This document shows positions 48,101 through 64,000 of a stretch of DNA of 64,000 bases, piece by piece (position 1 is the first letter of the stretch; the number at the start of each line of letters is the position of its first letter). A model generated the notes under the pieces. The model searched no databases, was not told where the DNA came from, and worked only from the letters and a program-made list of their open reading frames with translations. The position numbers were made by a program, and so were the translations under genes. The DNA comes from Hormiphora californensis. Taxonomy: Eukaryota; Animalia; Ctenophora. The stretch spans positions 1,240,001 to 1,304,000 of the forward strand of contig CM035352.1 of NCBI GenBank assembly GCA_020137815.1, in the 5' to 3' direction.

Positions 48101-49668
48101 GACAGATGGGTGTGCTGACAGCTCTACTCAGATGTGTTAGAAAACACTTGTCTGGGCTTAATTCCTGCATCCCTTCACACTATATTTCCCTTCTTGTTTA
48201 TCCCTTGTTCAGGATTCCCTTGTCCAGGATTCGAGTATCCTCTCTCCCAAATGGGTTTAACCCTTTGGAGACGATTGGGTCACAGGTGACCCAATACTTT
48301 GAACCCATTTAGCGTCTTTCTAGACCACGTTTGAAAGTTTTAAATTGTTTCCAGGGTTGAAACATACATTTTTCTACCATTTTGAGGTCGTTTTGAGCCT
48401 CTGAAGTCGTCGACTTCGGAAAACAGGGCTAAAACAGTGCATTTGGTAGGCAAAATGGGTAGTTTAATGGCCATATCTCAAAATTGGTACGAGTATGCTT
48501 AAAATGGACTTGGAAAATGCAAGAAAAGTGTACATTTTACTCCGGGGTAAAGTTTCAGGGTGATATTGCAAATTTTGTGCCTCTCAGAGGCCTTCAAAGT
48601 GCTGGGTCACCTGTGACCCAATCGTCCCCTAACGCTAAAACAGAAATTTGCATTTTACGAGCATTTCTAAAGGAATGGCCGCCGATAAAAGTCCAAAACG
48701 GCATTTTTTAAACAGGTGCTAGCGACTAACCGACTCCATCATTGTTATATCAACATCCAAGGGAGTCGATAAAAATTTTTTTGAGATCCGTGCTCCTTCA
48801 GAAAATTTTTCATCTCGGCCAATTTTGAAATTCTAAAATCGGCTACAGATGAGATAGAGAGGTCCATAGGGTGTGCAAAATGTGCAGAACGGCCGGGTTT
48901 ATATAAGTGTTATGAAGAAACATAGGGCCTAAAATGAACGGTTTTCGAGTTATGGGGCAAAATAGCTGCGAAATCTCAATTCCTGTTTTAGCGTTAGGGG
49001 ACGATTGGGTCACAGGTGACCCAATAGAAATACAGGTGGTAGAACCAAAATTCCTTTTCCTACGTTTAAGTAGGTTCAAAGTAAGTGTCTCCAGAAAGTT
49101 TTAGAGAATTCTGTCGACAGGGGGCTTATCGTCCCCAAAGGGTTAAACAAAACAAGGTGATTCCCCTGGCTAATATATCTCTATTTCAGAATGTTAGCAT
49201 AACGAACTTCAGCTCAAGCTGGAACGATGGCATGGCATTCTGTGCACTGTTTCACCACTTCGTACCCAACCAGATCCCATTCAGTACTCTTGATCCTAAA
49301 AACAGGGTATGTCTACTAAAAATGTACTATCGTTATCAATACAATCACAATGTCATTTGACAGCTCTCAATTACCCCCCTTGAATTTTAACATTCTCAAG
49401 CAAGTCCAATTTATCCCGATTATTCCGGTAAGCGGTAAAGGTTGACCGTCTCCTGAGAATTTTAATTTCATTCCAGGAGTACAATTTCCGGCTTGCATTT
49501 ACCGAGGGTGAGAAGGCTGGTGTAACGGCCCTCCTCGACGTTGAGGACATGGTCGAGATGAAGAATCCCTGCTGGATGAGCGTGATGACGTACGTGTCCC
49601 TGATTTACAATCACTTTAATGGCATTCGAGTCGGAGGACCTCGACTCCCTGAAATGCCCTCCGAGTGA
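45170..49668 (+). CDS. Smoothelin/cytospin-like protein with a C-terminal calponin-homology domain; exons 45170-~47483, ~47775-47936, 49190-49306, 49477-49668
   Basis: [17 protein letters not shown]|[39 protein letters not shown]|[47 protein letters not shown]. Frameshifts near 45878 and 47437. Confidence 0.85.
46922..47120 (+). repeat. Coding 24-bp minisatellite, (SSLGNKEL)8
   Basis: TCGTCACTAGGCAACAAGGAACTC x8, nearly identical. Confidence 0.95.
48261..49142. mobile_element. Non-autonomous piggyBac-type element, 882 bp, intronic
   Basis: TTAA|CCCTTTGGAGACGAT ... ATCGTCCCCAAAGGG|TTAA (15-bp TIR, one mismatch); an internal ~40-bp inverted pair lies at ~48603-48643 and ~48983-49024. Confidence 0.9.
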
Positions 49669-50113
49669 TGCGTGTTGCGGCTAATGATGAGTGTGTGTGA
49701 CGAGAACTATTGAGTGAGAGTGAGAGTAGATATTGATTCAGATACTGTCAAAATATGACCCGATTTCTGGGCGTTAATAGATGCTGTCATGTTGTGCATC
49801 AAGAGATTTCTTAAAGTATAGCTACAAAAATTGTGAATATGTAATTTATTAAATAAGTTTTAGACTTATTCAATAATAAGTTTGGCATGTGCATCAAATT
49901 TATTATTTATTTGCTGCATCTCATGCTTTTACAGCTGCTGTAGCTTAGCAAGCGTCAAACTCAAGAATTATATTAGTTCCCTGGTCCTACAAAAATGATA
50001 TTAACTTGTAAATTGAGTTAATTGAAAGAGCTATTTGTAAATTGTTGACTGAAGTTTTCTAAGGTGAAACCGATGTGTTTGATTTATTTTATTTAATTGT
50101 TTACACACAGCTG

Positions 50114-50230
50114 TCACACGCTTTTTAGCTCCAAATTTTGACGTTTTTGGTCATACCCCTATTTCTTGACCAAATCGTGTTATGTTTTAAATCTTAAAAA
50201 CGTCAAAATTTGACGCTAAAAAGTGTGTGA
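50114..50230. repeat. 35-bp imperfect inverted repeat upstream of PITPNM (MITE-like)
   Basis: TCACACGCTTTTTAGCTCCAAATTTTGACGTTTTT ... AAAAACGTCAAAATTTGACGCTAAAAAGTGTGTGA. Confidence 0.65.
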
Positions 50231-50771
50231 ACTTTCCAGCGCTGAAATTAGCTGCGCGCAAATATTTCTCGCGCAACAAAAACGAATCGACCGCGGCCGC
50301 GCCGCGCTGTAGAAAACAAATTTTGCGGAATAAAATCCGATCCAAAAATCTTTGGAATTTTGGAACTTCTTTTTCGCAAAGTCGTTTTCCGAGTTTAAGG
50401 AATACTGTTTCAAAGTTGTTGACTGTTGCTGAGTAACCTTAGCAGTCAAACAAATTAAGAATTGATACACCATCATCCTATTGGTCTGATCCTAGAATTT
50501 AGCAGTTATCAGAACAATGCGACTTGCGAGCGGCTAAGGCCTAACCGTCTGGCGTCTGGCGCTCACTATCCGCTCACTATCCCGGAGTCCGGACAGTAAT
50601 CATCAGACAGTAGACGCTAGATAGTAAAAAGTCACAAATGAATCTTGAATCGTTTCAGTTCACAAATCTTGATCTTAGTCAGACATGATTTGTCGTCCGA
50701 TTGCTCGATATTTGCTTTTTTTGCTAATTCTCACACATGACTTATAGTTGTTTATAGTAGTCTGATGGATC

Positions 50772-63163
<12,392 letters not shown>

Positions 63164-63624
63164 GTATGTTTAATCACTTCGTCCTGCAGAGTTTATGTGT
63201 GCAACCTTTTTAACTAGTCAGAGTCTGAGGAAGTGACTGAAAATCAGTCAAACAAATTTTAAATAACAACACATAAAGATAGAAATTTTTTAACAACAAA
63301 AAAAGGATCAGCAACAACAATTTGTTCAATAACAACAAACAGCAACAGCCCAGCTGTTAATATAATACACACACTTTTCCACACTTCTCTCAGCTCCCTT
63401 CCATTCTGGTAGAATTCGAATCAGAGTTCAGAGACTTCTGTAGTCGGGAATGACCGGCGACCCCTAAGTACCACACAGTTAAGCAGCAACGTTTCGAATA
63501 TATATTGTCTCTCAGCCTGTACAGCTCAACTCTGATATCAAGTTGGTATCGAAGACACCTCACACTCTGTTCAGGTCGCCGGGCGACCTTCGCGCGCGCA
63601 AGGGGTAACTTCGTAACCAAGATA

Positions 63625-64000
63625 TCAAGCTTCCCCATTTTGCGGCTCACTAATCCGTAAGGATGCTTCGAAGTTTGATTTAGGGTTGAGCGGTTTGATC
63701 ATCCGAATGACATGGAACGTCACCACATACACAATAGGGTCCACCAAACAGTTGACATAAGTTAAACACTCCATAGCGTATACAAGCTGGGGTCGGGCCT
63801 CAGGGAATGCGACCCTGGTAACCAGGTTAGGTAGCCAGGTTGCCATGGTGAAAACACTCACTGCAATGGTCCTGATAGTGGCCTTGGTGCATAGATCATG
63901 CTCCTGACAGATCCCTCTAGTGTAGAGGCGGCGTATCATGAGGGAGTAGGCGATGATGGAGAGGAAGAAAGAACATCCCATTGTAACAACCTGCAATGGT
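63625..64000 (-). CDS. Rhodopsin-class GPCR, TM5-TM7 part, nested antisense in a PITPNM intron; 5' end is outside the window
   Basis: FFLSIIAYSLM (TM5), KATIRTIAVSVFTMATWLPN (TM6), LTYVNCLVDPIVY (TM7 DPxxY). The tail may continue in ORF 63390-63650 through an indel. Confidence 0.8.
   Translation of the reverse strand, partial: PLQVVTMGCSFFLSIIAYSLMIRRLYTRGICQEHDLCTKATIRTIAVSVFTMATWLPNLVTRVAFPEARPQLVYAMECLTYVNCLVDPIVYVVTFHVIRMIKPLNPKSNFEASLRISEPQNGEA

Overview
Intron-rich animal genomic DNA, inferred to be a cydippid ctenophore (Pleurobrachia/Hormiphora-like) from gene content, long (GA)n tracts and MITE families; the taxon is not proven by the sequence. Genes in order: DNAAF3 (-), with a secreted tandem-PLAT gene nested antisense in intron 2; TTC23-like (-); a BTB/POZ gene (+); MYCBPAP (+); an LDLa-repeat GPCR without LRRs (-), head-to-head with a TRPM channel (+); a small coiled-coil gene; a smoothelin/cytospin-type CH-domain gene; and the 5' half of PITPNM/rdgB (+), which hosts two antisense nested genes (a WBP1/VOPP1-like protein and a class A GPCR). 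Mobile DNA includes an intact two-ORF LINE with a 10-bp TSD, a truncated L2-like LINE, Tc1/mariner-, hAT- and piggyBac-type MITEs, Helitron/Helentron-type elements and a tRNA-like cassette inside inverted repeats. Four patterns stand out: (1) a 9-bp microsatellite whose repeats spell overlapping RFX X-boxes, plus many single X-boxes in introns; (2) splice acceptors 0-11 nt before the ATG of most genes, suggesting spliced-leader trans-splicing; (3) duplicated in-frame splice donors, including six in the TRPM pore turret; (4) a putative membrane-anchored smoothelin-like protein. Many exons carry single-base indels and 39.6-40.8 kb is garbled, so the assembly looks incompletely polished. All gene names come from recognised motifs, not from database searches.
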